Shown: in pieces, positions 12,001 to 22,768 of the stretch
Position numbering within the stretch: the stretch's first letter is position 1
How the letters are laid out: every line of letters starts with the position of its first letter
Assembly (NCBI RefSeq): GCF_900095195.1
Contig: NZ_LT606950.1
Span: 665,206-697,205, forward strand
DNA from: Polynucleobacter necessarius
GTDB lineage: Bacteria > Pseudomonadota > Gammaproteobacteria > Burkholderiales > Burkholderiaceae
Reading direction: 5' to 3'
DNA: 32,000 nucleotides
Notes under the pieces: model-generated
Databases searched by the model: none
Told to the model about the DNA's origin: nothing
Seen by the model: only the letters and a program-made list of their open reading frames with translations
Made by a program: the position numbers and the translations under genes

Positions 12001-15000
12001 TTAATTCGTCCAACGACGTGCATTACGGAACAATCGTAGCCAAGGGCTTGCTCCATCCGGGGTCTCCAACCACTCTGGTGGACACCAACTCATCTGCACG
12101 GCGCGGAAGACGCGTTCAGGATGCGGCATCATTACGGTAAAGCGACCGTCTGGTGTGGTAACTCCCGTTAGACCGCCAGGAGAGCCATTCGGATTCATTG
12201 GATAGACTTCTGTTGGATTGCCTTGATGATCAACAAAGCGTAAAGCGGCTAGCTCTTGCTGAGTGATGCTCTCCAAATTGCCTTGCTGACTAAAGTTAGC
12301 AAAACCTTCACCGTGCGCAATAGCAATAGGTAACTGACTACCCTCCATGCCTTGGGTAAATATAGATGGTGATTTAAGAACTTCCGCCATCACTAAACGC
12401 GCTTCGTATTGCTCAGATTGATTGCGCGTAAATTTTGGCCAAGCATCTGCACCCGGAATAATGCTTGCAAGGTTACTCATCATTTGGCAACCATTACATA
12501 CCCCTAGCGCAGAGCTATCTTGCCGGTTAAAAAATTTTGAGAACTGATCGCGCAGTCGTTGGTTGAACAGAATAGTTTTCGCCCAGCCCTCACCTGCACC
12601 CAACACATCACCGTAACTAAAACCGCCACAGGCGATTAAGCCTCGGAAATCTTCTAACCTCGCTTTACCGCTTAGTAAGTCCGACATATGGACGTCATAA
12701 CTGTCAAAGCCCGCCCAATTAACTGCGTATGCCATCTCCACGTGAGAGTTAACGCCCTGCTCACGCAATATAGCTACTTTAGGGCGTGCACCCTTGGAAA
12801 TAAAAGGTGCTGCAATATCTTCAGCCACATCAAAGGTTAATTTGGGTGACATCCCTGGATCGGCAAGATGATCCAATAACGCAAACTCAGAATCAGCGCA
12901 GGCCGGATTATCACGCAACCTCGCAATTTGATAACTGGTATTGGTCCACATCTTCTGCAGGACTTCGCGAGGCTCAGCAAAAATATTCTTCGCATCGCGC
13001 CAAATTTCGATGCGCCCATTGGTGTTGGGTTTACCAATAACATGACTATATGCACTTAATCCCAGTTTCCGAAGTACCCCAAAAACTGCATCGCGATCTG
13101 CTCTGCGCGCCTGAATGACAGCACCCAGCTCTTCGTTAAAAAGTGCGCGCATAGTTTGTTCATGGCGACGACCAGATACTTGTTGAGCCCAGTTCTTGGC
13201 GTCACCATAATCTGGCTCTTGGTCTTTATCAACCGCAATCATGTCCACATTCAAAGAGACGCCAGCGTGGGATGCGAATGCCATTTCGGCAACGCAAGCC
13301 AAGAGACCGCCATCAGAGCGATCATGATATGCCAATAGCATATTGGCTTTACGCAACTCAATGATCGCCGCCGCCAATGCTTTGAGATCCTCAGGATGAT
13401 CTAAATCTGGAGCGGATTGGCCAGACTGATTAAGAACTTGGGCCAAGATGCTACCAGCCATGCGATTCTTGCCACGACCCAAATCAATCAGAATTAATTC
13501 CGATTCCAGCGGGGATCCTTCTTGATTTTTGAGCTTCAGTAACGGCGTGCTCGTCTTTCGAGCATCTTGAACCGATGCAAATGCAGAAATAATCAAGGAG
13601 ACGGGTGCAACTACCTTCTTGGCGTCATTACCCTGCTTCCATTCGGTTGCCATAGAGAGAGAATCTTTGCCCACTGGAATAGAAATACCTAATGCGGGGC
13701 ATAGCTCCACACCAACGGCTTTTACAGAGTCATAGAGTTTTGCATCCTCTCCAGGCGCGCCACAGGCAGCCATCCAGTTTGCTGAAAGCTTGACATCTTC
13801 TAAGCGACGAATATCGGCTGCTAATAAATTGGTAATGGCTTCACCAACTGCCATGCGAGCTGCTGCTGGTGCGTCCATCACTGCAACGGGAGTGCGTTCA
13901 CCCATTGTCATGACTTCGCCGCGGTAACCCCTGTAATCCATCATGGTCACAGCACAGTCAGCTACGGGCACTTGCCACGGCCCGACAAATTGATCGCGTG
14001 CATTTAGGCCGCCAACTGTTCGATCTCCAATGGTGATCAAAAAGGATTTGCTCGCGACAGTAGGCTGTTGTAATACCCAAGCAATGGATTGCGCTAAATC
14101 TGCATCTGCTACATCTAATTCGTCAAACTTCTGAGTTACCCGCTGAACATTGCGATGCATGCGTGGTGGTTTACCAAGCAATACTTCCATTGGCATATCG
14201 ATGGGTAAAGCAGCATCGGAATCTACAAATTGCTTAGAATCGAGAAGTTGTAGCTGACGCTCGGTCGTAGCCTCACCGACAACCGCAAATGGGCAACGCT
14301 CGCGCTCGCAAAATGTTGCAAACAATTCAAGATCCTTAGCATCAATGGCGAGTACATAGCGCTCTTGCGATTCGTTGCACCAAATCTCCGCAGGACTCAT
14401 GCCGCTCTCTTCAAGAGGTACGCTTCGCAACTTAAACTTTGCACCTAAGCCAGCGCCATCAGCTAGCTCTGGGAAGGCGTTCGACAACCCCCCCGCTCCC
14501 ACATCATGGATCGAAACAATCGGATTATTTTCCCCGAGTGCACGACAAGCATTAATTACTTCTTGTGCACGATGCTCCATTTCAGGGTTACCACGTTGAA
14601 CCGAATCAAAATCCAAGTCCGCCGTGTTGGTTCCAGTTGCTACTGAACTACCAGTGGCACCACCCATACCGATGCGCATACCAGGACCGCCAAGTTGAAT
14701 CAGCAAGTGCCCGGACTGAATTGCCTTCTTTTGCGTATGAATGGAATCAATACTGCCAATACCACCGGCAATCATGATGGGCTTGTGATAGCCACGACGT
14801 ATACCGTCTAATGTCTGTTCAAAAACCCGGAAATAGCCCCCAAGTATGGGGCGACCAAACTCATTATTGAATGCAGCGCCGCCTAATGGGCCGTCAATCA
14901 TAATTTGCAACGGCGTAGCAATCCTCTCGGGCTTGCCATATTGTTCTTGCTCCCATGGCAAATCGGTACCAGGGAGATTCAGATTGGATACCGAGAAACC

Positions 15001-16047
15001 GGTCAAACCTGCTTTTGGGCGCCCACCAATACCCGTTGCACCTTCATCTCGAATCTCGCCGCCAGCGCCTGTCGAAGCGCCGGGAAATGGTGCAATGGCA
15101 GTTGGGTGATTATGGGTCTCCACCTTCATCAGCGTATGTATTAAGCGAGTATCTTTTTCGTACCGATGATCTGCGCCTTGAGGAACCCAAGTTTCAGTCT
15201 CGCAGCCCTCCATGACTGCGGAGTTGTCAGAATAGGCAACTATCGTACCTTCCGGTTGCAATTGATGAGTATTGCGAATCATGGCAAAAAGGGAGCGTTC
15301 CTGATTATCGCCATCAATTGTCCAGCTAGAGTTAAAAATCTTATGGCGGCAATGCTCGCTGTTGGCTTGCGCAAACATAATTAGTTCAACATCGCTGGGA
15401 TTACGATTTAAGCGTGTAAAGCTATCTGTCAGGTAACTAACCTCATCCTCAGATAGAGCCAGGCCCAGCTCTTGGTTAGCCCGATCTAAAGCCGCTCTAC
15501 CCTGAGAGAGGACTGGTATGCGTTTTAGCGGGCGATCGTCGATGGTTTGATAGGGCGCATTCGCAGATTCCGGTGAATCAATAACAGCCTCAGTCATTCG
15601 ATCATGCAAAGCGGCAAGAACCTGCTCGACTTGATTCGTATCAAGCGCCTTTTTAGCTTTCCAGGAAAATTGAACACCCCGCTCAATTCTAAGAACTTGT
15701 AAACCACATTGTTGTGCAATATCAGTAGCTTTACTAGCCCACGGAGAAACCGTTCCTAAACGGGGAATAACTATTGCCCCCTGAATATCTGTTGAACTAC
15801 CCTTACCAATTCCACACCACGCTTTACCATCATGAAGTTTTGACTGAAATGGCTGACCATATGTCAGCAAGCTCACTAGAACCTCTTGGTCGTTCACATC
15901 TAACGGTTTTTCGGACCAGATGAAATGAAGGTATTGAGCCTCGATCGATTCGATCGTGATACCTTGTGCTGCTAATGTGGCTAAAAGTCGCTGTTGGCGG
16001 AACGGGGAAAGCGCATCAGCGCCAGGTAAAAATTGGTAAAAAGACAT
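12001..16047 (-). CDS. purL: phosphoribosylformylglycinamidine synthase (single-chain large type)
   Basis: 1348 aa, full-length PurL including the C-terminal glutaminase domain (GVCNGCQMM). Confidence 0.97.
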   Translation of the reverse strand: MSFYQFLPGADALSPFRQQRLLATLAAQGITIESIEAQYLHFIWSEKPLDVNDQEVLVSLLTYGQPFQSKLHDGKAWCGIGKGSSTDIQGAIVIPRLGTVSPWASKATDIAQQCGLQVLRIERGVQFSWKAKKALDTNQVEQVLAALHDRMTEAVIDSPESANAPYQTIDDRPLKRIPVLSQGRAALDRANQELGLALSEDEVSYLTDSFTRLNRNPSDVELIMFAQANSEHCRHKIFNSSWTIDGDNQERSLFAMIRNTHQLQPEGTIVAYSDNSAVMEGCETETWVPQGADHRYEKDTRLIHTLMKVETHNHPTAIAPFPGASTGAGGEIRDEGATGIGGRPKAGLTGFSVSNLNLPGTDLPWEQEQYGKPERIATPLQIMIDGPLGGAAFNNEFGRPILGGYFRVFEQTLDGIRRGYHKPIMIAGGIGSIDSIHTQKKAIQSGHLLIQLGGPGMRIGMGGATGSSVATGTNTADLDFDSVQRGNPEMEHRAQEVINACRALGENNPIVSIHDVGAGGLSNAFPELADGAGLGAKFKLRSVPLEESGMSPAEIWCNESQERYVLAIDAKDLELFATFCERERCPFAVVGEATTERQLQLLDSKQFVDSDAALPIDMPMEVLLGKPPRMHRNVQRVTQKFDELDVADADLAQSIAWVLQQPTVASKSFLITIGDRTVGGLNARDQFVGPWQVPVADCAVTMMDYRGYRGEVMTMGERTPVAVMDAPAAARMAVGEAITNLLAADIRRLEDVKLSANWMAACGAPGEDAKLYDSVKAVGVELCPALGISIPVGKDSLSMATEWKQGNDAKKVVAPVSLIISAFASVQDARKTSTPLLKLKNQEGSPLESELILIDLGRGKNRMAGSILAQVLNQSGQSAPDLDHPEDLKALAAAIIELRKANMLLAYHDRSDGGLLACVAEMAFASHAGVSLNVDMIAVDKDQEPDYGDAKNWAQQVSGRRHEQTMRALFNEELGAVIQARRADRDAVFGVLRKLGLSAYSHVIGKPNTNGRIEIWRDAKNIFAEPREVLQKMWTNTSYQIARLRDNPACADSEFALLDHLADPGMSPKLTFDVAEDIAAPFISKGARPKVAILREQGVNSHVEMAYAVNWAGFDSYDVHMSDLLSGKARLEDFRGLIACGGFSYGDVLGAGEGWAKTILFNQRLRDQFSKFFNRQDSSALGVCNGCQMMSNLASIIPGADAWPKFTRNQSEQYEARLVMAEVLKSPSIFTQGMEGSQLPIAIAHGEGFANFSQQGNLESITQQELAALRFVDHQGNPTEVYPMNPNGSPGGLTGVTTPDGRFTVMMPHPERVFRAVQMSWCPPEWLETPDGASPWLRLFRNARRWTN

Positions 16048-16063
16048 CCCTAGATTATAAGGT

Positions 16064-16428
16064 TTAGCTTAGGCCAGGCGACCCGCCATGAAGGTGAATT
16101 TGGCGCTCACAACGGGAGCTTGAACCAACACCGCGTTGATCTGCACTGCCGCCCTGCTCACTTGTCGTTGCTTTATCGATTTCGCCTGTTGAGGAAGTTT
16201 TCTGCGATGCCTGTTGCTTTGGGCTTTTCGAAATTTGAATTTTTTGAGGTGGCTCAGCCTTTATCTCCGTTCGGATAATTAAGTCATCTGGGATCTCCGG
16301 AGCACTTCCAAATGAAATAAATGGCAATCCAAAAAAAACACAAAATGCCCAACCAGGGATAGCAGTAAAGCGACAAGAATAATCCGCAGCGAATTTGTGC
16401 GAAATGATTGAAGTCTACTTAACTGCAC
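16064..16428 (-). pseudogene. possible frameshifted gene for a membrane-anchored, low-complexity (P/Q/K/S-rich) protein; alternatively a 49-aa membrane peptide plus a spurious ORF
   Basis: The GTG at 16426-16428 opens MQLSRLQSFRTNSLRIILVALLLSLVGHFVFF, a basic stretch followed by a TM helix resembling TonB/TolA-like anchors. This reading runs into a T8 tract (A8 on +, 16331-16338). One extra T there would join it to tracked ORF 16064-16327 (GLPFISFGSAPEIPDDLIIRTEIKAEPPQKIQ...). No clear Shine-Dalgarno and no family match recognised. Confidence 0.3.
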
Positions 16429-16437
16429 AAGAATGCT

Positions 16438-17010
16438 TTATCGGGAAAAACGGTCAAGAAGTCTACTATCTTTTGGTAGGTTCGCTGCAAGAAAATCCAT
16501 TTGGTCGGCTAGGATATTTCGGCCTCTAAGGATCATATCCTCATATAGACTGGGCATGTACGGCGTATATAACAGGCCCATGCCCGCTTGTTCTGGAGTG
16601 CGATTTCCTTTTCGTTGATTGCAAGGTCGACAAGAGATCACCAAATTCATCCAGGAATATTTTCCACCCCGACTATTGGGAATAATATGTTCTGCCTCTG
16701 CATGGTTTTCATGAATCGCAGAACCACAATAGGCACAAAGACCGCGATCACGCTTAAAGAGTTTGTGCTTCGTAATGACTGGGACGACATCGAAGAGATT
16801 GACCTTAGAAGTGCCTTTGACGGCAATAATGGAGTGCAACTCAATAATCGATTGCAATCCACTGGCACGTGAAATGCCGCCGCGCATTCGGATGATTGGA
16901 TCGCCCAACGTCCAGAGCACACTGCTGTCGGCATAATGTTTGGTGGCTTCTTCAGCATGAACCCAACCCTGGGGAATTCCACCAGCGTCTAATTTCAAGA
17001 TGCTCAGCAC
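16438..17010 (-). CDS. HNH endonuclease family protein
   Basis: 190 aa with a GTG start preceded by a strong Shine-Dalgarno (AAAGGAGAGATT). C-terminal HNH/zinc motif CAYCG..HAEAEHIIPNSRGGKYSWMNLVISCRPCNQRKGNRTPEQA. The N-terminal ~95 aa are of unknown function. Confidence 0.85.
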   Translation of the reverse strand: MLSILKLDAGGIPQGWVHAEEATKHYADSSVLWTLGDPIIRMRGGISRASGLQSIIELHSIIAVKGTSKVNLFDVVPVITKHKLFKRDRGLCAYCGSAIHENHAEAEHIIPNSRGGKYSWMNLVISCRPCNQRKGNRTPEQAGMGLLYTPYMPSLYEDMILRGRNILADQMDFLAANLPKDSRLLDRFSR

Positions 17011-17055
17011 AATCTCTCCTTTCTAGGACTATCCATGGATAGCACCGTTTAAAAG

Positions 17056-17085
17056 ATATTACCCAAGATGTCCGCCCCCAATCAA
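17056..17085 (-). promoter_or_regulatory. candidate sigma70 promoter for the HNH gene
   Basis: The minus strand reads TTGATT (17080-17085), an 18-nt spacer, then TAATAT (17056-17061). The 14-bp palindrome at 17029-17042 lies between this -10 and the Shine-Dalgarno. Motif match only. Confidence 0.3.
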
Positions 17086-17104
17086 TAAATGGGCGCATGG
17101 GGGT

Positions 17105-17695
17105 TTACGACTGGGAGATAAATTCCAAAACCCGTGAGAGATGATCTGCGTAGTCGGCAATACCATGGTCGCTACCCTCCAGTACCAATTGATTAGCGCC
17201 AGGATAAAAAGCGACCATCTCTTGCCAGTCAAGCAACTCATCCCCCTTTGCAGCCATTAAGAAATAGCGTTCGGGCTTAGTGATGGCTCCAACTTGGAGA
17301 CTCTTGAGTTGATCAATATATTCATGACGAAAATCAAATGGCTCATCACTATCGTAGGCGGTCATCATGCCTACATGTGGAGCAAGCTCTCTGGCGGCTC
17401 GAACGGCGGGGTTTAAAACAACAGCTTTACAACCGTATTTTTCTGCCAAATAGTTTGCATAAAAACTGCCAAGTGATGATCCAATTACCACAATTCGATC
17501 AGCGTTTGATTCATCAATATATGCAGTAACCATATCCATGCTCTCTTTGGGAGATGCTAGCAACTGAGGGCAATACCATTCGAACGAATTTACTGGAGAG
17601 GAAAGCCCTTTCACAGCTTCACCAGTCATCACCGCTTTGCTCGAACGTGGCGATGATCGAAAACCGTGGAGATAAACTAAAAGGGTCTTTGTCAT
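17105..17695 (-). CDS. YqiA/YcfP-family alpha/beta-fold esterase
   Basis: ORF 17105-17785 trimmed to MTKTLLVYLHGFRSSPRSSKA (ATG 17693-17695). Nucleophile elbow GSSLG and typical ~195-aa length. Confidence 0.85.
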   Translation of the reverse strand: MTKTLLVYLHGFRSSPRSSKAVMTGEAVKGLSSPVNSFEWYCPQLLASPKESMDMVTAYIDESNADRIVVIGSSLGSFYANYLAEKYGCKAVVLNPAVRAARELAPHVGMMTAYDSDEPFDFRHEYIDQLKSLQVGAITKPERYFLMAAKGDELLDWQEMVAFYPGANQLVLEGSDHGIADYADHLSRVLEFISQS

Positions 17696-17819
17696 AGATA
17701 GCCTATCACCATGGCTGTCTTGTGCGGTTGCTGTATTGGGCAAGGGGACGCCCAACGCTCTGACGCTATTAAGTGCCAAGTTCAAATCTTTTCAGTATAA
17801 CTCGATCCGAAAGCCGGGG

Positions 17820-18040
17820 TCAAATGTTCGCTTGACCATGCATTAGAGGTGTTTCACCATATTTCTTATACTCTTCAGTCACCTTGGCGGACTTATCTCG
17901 AATGGCAATCACCAGCATTGGATCACCTTTGGCATCCACTGATCCACTGCGTTGGGATTAACGCCAGCAGCAATCAAGGATTTCACCTCTGAGACATCAT
18001 CAAAGCGTGCTGCTTTGGCAAAGTCCGCAATTTGACTTAT
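17820..18040 (-). pseudogene. ankyrin-repeat protein remnant
   Basis: The minus strand reads ..QIADFAKAARFDDVSEVKSLIAAGVNPNAVD. An 8-bp insertion forming a GTGGAT..GTGGAT duplication (+ strand ATCCAC-TG-ATCCAC, 17934-17947) then shifts the frame. Reading resumes as DAKGDPMLVIAIRDKSAKV..YGETPLMHGQ. No start or signal peptide is left and repeat units are truncated. Confidence 0.5.
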
Positions 18041-18827
18041 TTATAACCCTATCTATTTGAAAACATTGGTAAAAATTACTTGATGTTGTATTTGCCAATT
18101 CCTCAATGGATACGCCTTTGAGGTTGGCGATAAATTCACCTACTTTGGCAACCCAAGCCGGCTCATTGGTTTTTCCACGAAAAGGAATGGGTGTAAGGTA
18201 CGGTGAATCGGTCTCTATGAGTAAGCGGTCTAATGGAATCTGCTTGCAGGTTTCCTGAAGGTCTTTAGCACTCTTGAACGTCACTATGCCTGAAAAGGAG
18301 ATATAAAAGCCCATATCCATCGCTTGACGGGCAACATCCAGGCTTTCCGTAAAGCAATGCATTACACCGCCGATTCTTTCTGCACCCTCCTCCTTAAGAA
18401 TTCGGATGGTGTCTTCAGAGGCCGAGCGGGTATGAATAATTAAAGGCTTCTTAGCCTCCAGTGCGACCCGGATATGTGTTCGAAATCGATCCCGTTGCCA
18501 CTCCAAGGACTCATAACTGCGATCGCTCATGCGGTAGTAATCCAGACCTGTTTCACCTATAGCAATGATCTTGGAATATTGATTGGCTGTATCGACTAAA
18601 AATTCGACGGTGGGCTCGGGGGTATCTTCATAGTCTGGATGAACACCAATGGAGGCGTACAAATGTGGATGCTCTTGGGCAAGTCGGAGGACGTTTGGAA
18701 AATCAGGAATATCGACTGATACACAAAGAGCATGACTGACATTGGCTGATTTCATATTCGCCAAGACTTCCGGCAGACGTGCTTGGAATTCTGGGAAATC
18801 GAGATGGCAATGGGAGTCTATAAACAT
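18000..18827 (-). CDS. tatD: TatD-family metal-dependent hydrolase
   Basis: 275 aa starting MFIDSHCHLDFPEF with typical TatD/YcfH motifs (GETGLDYY, HCF, ETDSPYL). The C-terminal ~15-20 aa (..NKSNCGLCQSSTL) look like read-through into the ankyrin remnant. Confidence 0.9.
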   Translation of the reverse strand: MFIDSHCHLDFPEFQARLPEVLANMKSANVSHALCVSVDIPDFPNVLRLAQEHPHLYASIGVHPDYEDTPEPTVEFLVDTANQYSKIIAIGETGLDYYRMSDRSYESLEWQRDRFRTHIRVALEAKKPLIIHTRSASEDTIRILKEEGAERIGGVMHCFTESLDVARQAMDMGFYISFSGIVTFKSAKDLQETCKQIPLDRLLIETDSPYLTPIPFRGKTNEPAWVAKVGEFIANLKGVSIEELANTTSSNFYQCFQIDRVINKSNCGLCQSSTL

Positions 18828-18866
18828 AAGCCCATTTTAGTCTGCCTTCCCTGGAATCAGTGCTGG

Positions 18867-20009
18867 CTAGCCCTCAAAAACCTGCTGGTATTGAGATAAC
18901 AAGGCTTCCATTTGAATGCGGCTGGCAAGGGGATGGTTCTCAGACCGCCTTGCCTGTATTAACGACTTCCAAAATGCCAAAAGCTTTTGTGCTCGTGCCG
19001 CCAGGGCCAAGCCTTGTAGTGTGGCTAGATGTTTTGGGTAGTAACGCGGTTCGCCGCCCTGAGAAACTGCTTGTATATCCGAAACCCAGCGTTGCATGGT
19101 CGCTAATAAATAACCAATTGGCGCTTTATGAACCTTCTCTGTAGTTTCTAGCCATGCAATGCGACCTCCTTGCGCCATAGCTTGCAACAAAATTCGTGAG
19201 GCGGCAATAGAGAGGGTTAACTCATCTTTCTCATCTTGATGATGGCGCGCGATGATGGAGTCCAAAACTGCATACGGCGCCCCACCCTGCTCGTCATAAA
19301 TGGTTTCGATGTCAGAATCTTTGATCTTTAGCCCAGCAATAGACAGGAGTTGGCTCTTGAGCCAAGCTAATCCTTGAATTCGATCTGGTCTAGGAGCTGC
19401 TAGCAGGCGGCAGCGGGATCGAATAGTTGGCAATACACGGTCTATACGGTCAGCAAGAAGAATAAATACCGTGCTGGCTGGTGGCTCTTCTAAAGATTTC
19501 AACAGAGTATTAGCCGAGTCAGGGCGCAACAATTCCAACGGGTAAATCAGGATGACGCGCATTCCGCCACGGTGTGAGCCAATGGATAGACCCTCAATTG
19601 CGCTACGGGTTTCTTCTATTGAGATGGTTTTCTTTTCCTTCTTCTCGCTAGTCTCACCATTAGAATCGTCACGCGTAGACTTTGATCGCTTGATAACGTC
19701 CTCGTTTCCAAATTTGGCTTGGGGCAAAAATTTTCGATGTGTCTCGGGTACTAGAGCAATGAAGTCTGGGTGGTTGCCAGCGCTAAACCAATGACACGCT
19801 TCGCGGTGATCACAGGGTTTCGGTTGATCAGTCGTTTCACAGAGTAGTGCTTTTGAAAGTTCAACTGCGAAGGAAAACTTTCCAATACCGGCTTGTCCAT
19901 GCAACAAGATAGCGTGCGGCAACTTCGTAAAATCAAGAGCATCCCATATTGGCTGAAGCCAGGGCGCCACCCTACTCTTGTTTTCTACTGGAAACATGAA
20001 ATCGCTCAT
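18867..20009 (-). CDS. holB: DNA polymerase III subunit delta'
   Basis: 380 aa with ..LPHAILLHGQAGIGK.. and ..SANTLLKSLEEPP..TIRSRC. It starts immediately after the tmk stop. Confidence 0.9.
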   Translation of the reverse strand: MSDFMFPVENKSRVAPWLQPIWDALDFTKLPHAILLHGQAGIGKFSFAVELSKALLCETTDQPKPCDHREACHWFSAGNHPDFIALVPETHRKFLPQAKFGNEDVIKRSKSTRDDSNGETSEKKEKKTISIEETRSAIEGLSIGSHRGGMRVILIYPLELLRPDSANTLLKSLEEPPASTVFILLADRIDRVLPTIRSRCRLLAAPRPDRIQGLAWLKSQLLSIAGLKIKDSDIETIYDEQGGAPYAVLDSIIARHHQDEKDELTLSIAASRILLQAMAQGGRIAWLETTEKVHKAPIGYLLATMQRWVSDIQAVSQGGEPRYYPKHLATLQGLALAARAQKLLAFWKSLIQARRSENHPLASRIQMEALLSQYQQVFEG

Positions 20010-20648
20010 TTACAACTGAATTTGGAGTGTTTGCAAGCCATTCCAAATGTCTTCGGGGGTTTTGGTGGCATCAACAATGTGAAAGCGTTTTGGGTTTTCA
20101 TGAGCGCGCCTTAAATATTCTTGGCGAACTTTTTCAAAAAAATCCAAATTCATTTTTTCGAATTTATCGGGTGCGCGCACTTTAGAGCGACGTTCCTCAG
20201 CAACTTTTCCTGGTAGATCAAATAGTATGGTCAGATTCGGTTGCAGTAGCGTTCCGTCTGGGCGCGCTTGAATCCATTGCTCTAGGTCATTCAGTTTTGC
20301 AACACTTAATCCTCTGCCACCGCCCTGATAGGCGAAGCTGGCATCTGTGAAGCGATCGGAAACAACAATCTTTCCCGCCTGCAGAGCCGGCTCAATCACC
20401 TGCGTAATGTGCTCCTGGCGAGCTGCAAACATTAAAAGCGCTTCCGTTTCTAAGTTCATTGGGGTGTTAAGCAATAAATTGCGTAACTGCTCACCCAAAG
20501 GTGTGCCTCCAGGTTCGCGTGTAATGACAACCTCTTTATTGGGATAGCGCTCCTGCATTAGCTTGCAAAATGCATCGATGTGCGTACTTTTGCCGGCGCC
20601 ATCAATGCCTTCAAAACTGATGAAATATCCTGGATGTGGTGAGGTCAT
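20010..20648 (-). CDS. tmk: dTMP kinase
   Basis: 212 aa with P-loop [14 protein letters not shown] and DRF motif. Confidence 0.96.
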   Translation of the reverse strand: MTSPHPGYFISFEGIDGAGKSTHIDAFCKLMQERYPNKEVVITREPGGTPLGEQLRNLLLNTPMNLETEALLMFAARQEHITQVIEPALQAGKIVVSDRFTDASFAYQGGGRGLSVAKLNDLEQWIQARPDGTLLQPNLTILFDLPGKVAEERRSKVRAPDKFEKMNLDFFEKVRQEYLRRAHENPKRFHIVDATKTPEDIWNGLQTLQIQL

Positions 20649-20649
20649 A

Positions 20650-21675
20650 TTATTTGGACTTGGGTACTAATTTACGTTGATAGCGATCGACTGCGGACTC
20701 ATGTTCCGTAAGTGTCTCCGAAAAGTGACTGCCCCCATCCCTCTTGGCAACAAAATACAGCGCCTGACTTTTGGCTGGATGAATCGCGGCATAAATGGAA
20801 TCTTTGTCAGGCATAGCAATCGGTGTTGGTGGTAGACCTTTGTGCATATAGGTATTGTAGGGACTATCTTTGCGTAAATCCGCCTTACGAAGATTTCCAT
20901 CAAAATGCGGTCCTATGCCATATATCACCGTGGGATCAGTTTGCAACATCATCCTCTTTTTGAGGCGGTTCAAAAATACCGCCGCGACCAGACCTCTATC
21001 GCTAGCCTTGCCAGTTTCTTTTTCAATAATTGAAGAAAGGATCAGTAAGTCATAAGGCGTTTTCAAAGGGCTATCAGACGGCTTTTCTGACCATGCTTGT
21101 GATAACTGCTTTTGCATTGCTTGAGAAGCTTTTCGATAAATGTTAAGATCAATCTCATCCGGATCGAATACATAGGTATCCGGAAAGAAGAGACCCTCAT
21201 CGCCTGGATAATGAAGATTCAATAGCTGAAGAAGTGCTTGTGAACTTAGCCCCTGAGTTTGATGAATTAAACCTGGGTGCGAATCGATCAGACTCCGCAA
21301 TTGCCAAATCGTCATTCCGGGAATAATAGCGATACTTTCGCGCACGCGCTCACCACGAGCGATTTGGAGCAATACCTTTCCTAAGCTAGCACCCATTGGC
21401 AAAAGATAGGTGCCGGGCTTAAGCTTTGAGCCAACTAGCAATGCTTTTGCGCCAATTTGGAATGGCAAAGCAGATATGGACAACCCTTGTTCATGTAACT
21501 GCTTAGCAATGTTGGCTTGACTGGATTGCGGCGCAATCTTTACTCTAAAACTGGATGAATCTGGAAGGTTTGACTGGCTGGGGACGATCGGCCATAAGAA
21601 AATGACACCATAAACCACAACCAATGCCGAACCTATAGCAAGCAGCGTAGAGCGCATACGATTTAACAACGTCAT
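20650..21675 (-). CDS. mltG: endolytic murein transglycosylase MltG
   Basis: 341 aa with an N-terminal TM anchor and YceG-like domain (..[46 protein letters not shown]). Confidence 0.93.
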   Translation of the reverse strand: MTLLNRMRSTLLAIGSALVVVYGVIFLWPIVPSQSNLPDSSSFRVKIAPQSSQANIAKQLHEQGLSISALPFQIGAKALLVGSKLKPGTYLLPMGASLGKVLLQIARGERVRESIAIIPGMTIWQLRSLIDSHPGLIHQTQGLSSQALLQLLNLHYPGDEGLFFPDTYVFDPDEIDLNIYRKASQAMQKQLSQAWSEKPSDSPLKTPYDLLILSSIIEKETGKASDRGLVAAVFLNRLKKRMMLQTDPTVIYGIGPHFDGNLRKADLRKDSPYNTYMHKGLPPTPIAMPDKDSIYAAIHPAKSQALYFVAKRDGGSHFSETLTEHESAVDRYQRKLVPKSK

Positions 21676-21737
21676 TAGTTTCTGAAATATGAATCTTCCC
21701 TGAATTTTTTGGCGTATCAGGCTATGATAAAAAAGAG

Positions 21738-22748
21738 ATGACGTTTACCAGCCAAAATACCGCAATGCCCACGGAAATACCCTCTTCTAGCTTTTCCCTT
21801 TTACCCCAATGGGGCCTCATTTTCGTAGAAGGGCCAGAAGCTGCTGGCTTTTTACAAAATCAGCTTACCAATTCCGTTTTGGGTTTACGCCGCGCTTTCC
21901 CGCCTGATATCGCTCAATCAACCCTCTCTGCTAGGTTGGTAGGTTACTGCAGCCCAAAAGGTCGATTATTAGCAAGCGCATGGCTATCACTTGCGCCTAC
22001 TGGAGATACTGCTGAGGATCGCTTTGCACTATTCATCTCAAAAGATATCGCTGCAACTACTGCTAAGCGTTTAGCGATGTATGTGTTGCGCTCAAAAGTG
22101 AAGGTGACCGATGTCTCGAACGAATGGAACCTTATGGGCTACGTTGCCAACACCTCCTCACCCGAGGTAACAATTAATGTGCTTACCGATGGCCAGATTG
22201 GCATTGAGCTTCCTGCTGTAATTCATCAGACAGAAACATATCAGCGTATTCTCATTGCACAAAACGCTTCAGATTTCTCTATAGAAACTAACATCCCAGT
22301 ACTCAATGTATGGAATGATTTAGAGGTATTGAGCGGAGTCCCCAGAATTGTTCAAGCAACCCAAGAGCAATTTGTTCCTCAAATGGTGAATTTTGAATCG
22401 GTCGGTGGCGTTGACTTCAAAAAAGGTTGCTATCCTGGACAAGAGGTTGTGGCGCGTAGCCAATATCGGGGTGCTATTAAAAGACGCCTTTGTTTGGCTC
22501 ATACCGCTTCGAATGGAGTCGAGCCTAGGCTCTACCAGCCAGGAACTGAAATTTTTCATACAGCCGATCCAAAACAACCTGCCGGAATGGTGGTTTTATC
22601 GTCGCCCAGCAGTTTTGAGGTAAATCGGATTGATCTGCAGATAGAGTGCAAGCTTGAGGCGCTTGAGATTGGGGAAATACGACTAGGAAGCATGCAGGGC
22701 CCTGTGTTAAAACTGAATTCATTACTTTACCCATTTATTGAAATTTAA
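21738..22748 (+). CDS. ygfZ: folate-binding protein YgfZ
   Basis: 336 aa with the conserved K-G-C-Y-x-GQE motif (FKKGCYPGQEVVARSQYRG). Confidence 0.88.
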   Translation: MTFTSQNTAMPTEIPSSSFSLLPQWGLIFVEGPEAAGFLQNQLTNSVLGLRRAFPPDIAQSTLSARLVGYCSPKGRLLASAWLSLAPTGDTAEDRFALFISKDIAATTAKRLAMYVLRSKVKVTDVSNEWNLMGYVANTSSPEVTINVLTDGQIGIELPAVIHQTETYQRILIAQNASDFSIETNIPVLNVWNDLEVLSGVPRIVQATQEQFVPQMVNFESVGGVDFKKGCYPGQEVVARSQYRGAIKRRLCLAHTASNGVEPRLYQPGTEIFHTADPKQPAGMVVLSSPSSFEVNRIDLQIECKLEALEIGEIRLGSMQGPVLKLNSLLYPFIEI

Positions 22749-22768
22749 GATCAAAATTTTTTGAATTT

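Noticed and set aside
12001-16047. Many 60-130-aa ORFs antisense to or overlapping purL, acnB, pyrG, gltX, eno, holB, ygfZ, msrB, the MFS gene and aroC in the six-frame track.
   Set aside because: They lie entirely within strongly supported genes, have no recognisable homology or translation signals, and show the biased composition typical of shadow ORFs.
18867-20009. A ~30-aa charged low-complexity insertion in HolB (..KRSKSTRDDSNGETSEKKEKKTISIEE..) as a possible anomaly.
   Set aside because: Comparable acidic/basic linkers occur at this position in delta-prime subunits of other Burkholderiales, as far as I recall. The reading frame is uninterrupted.
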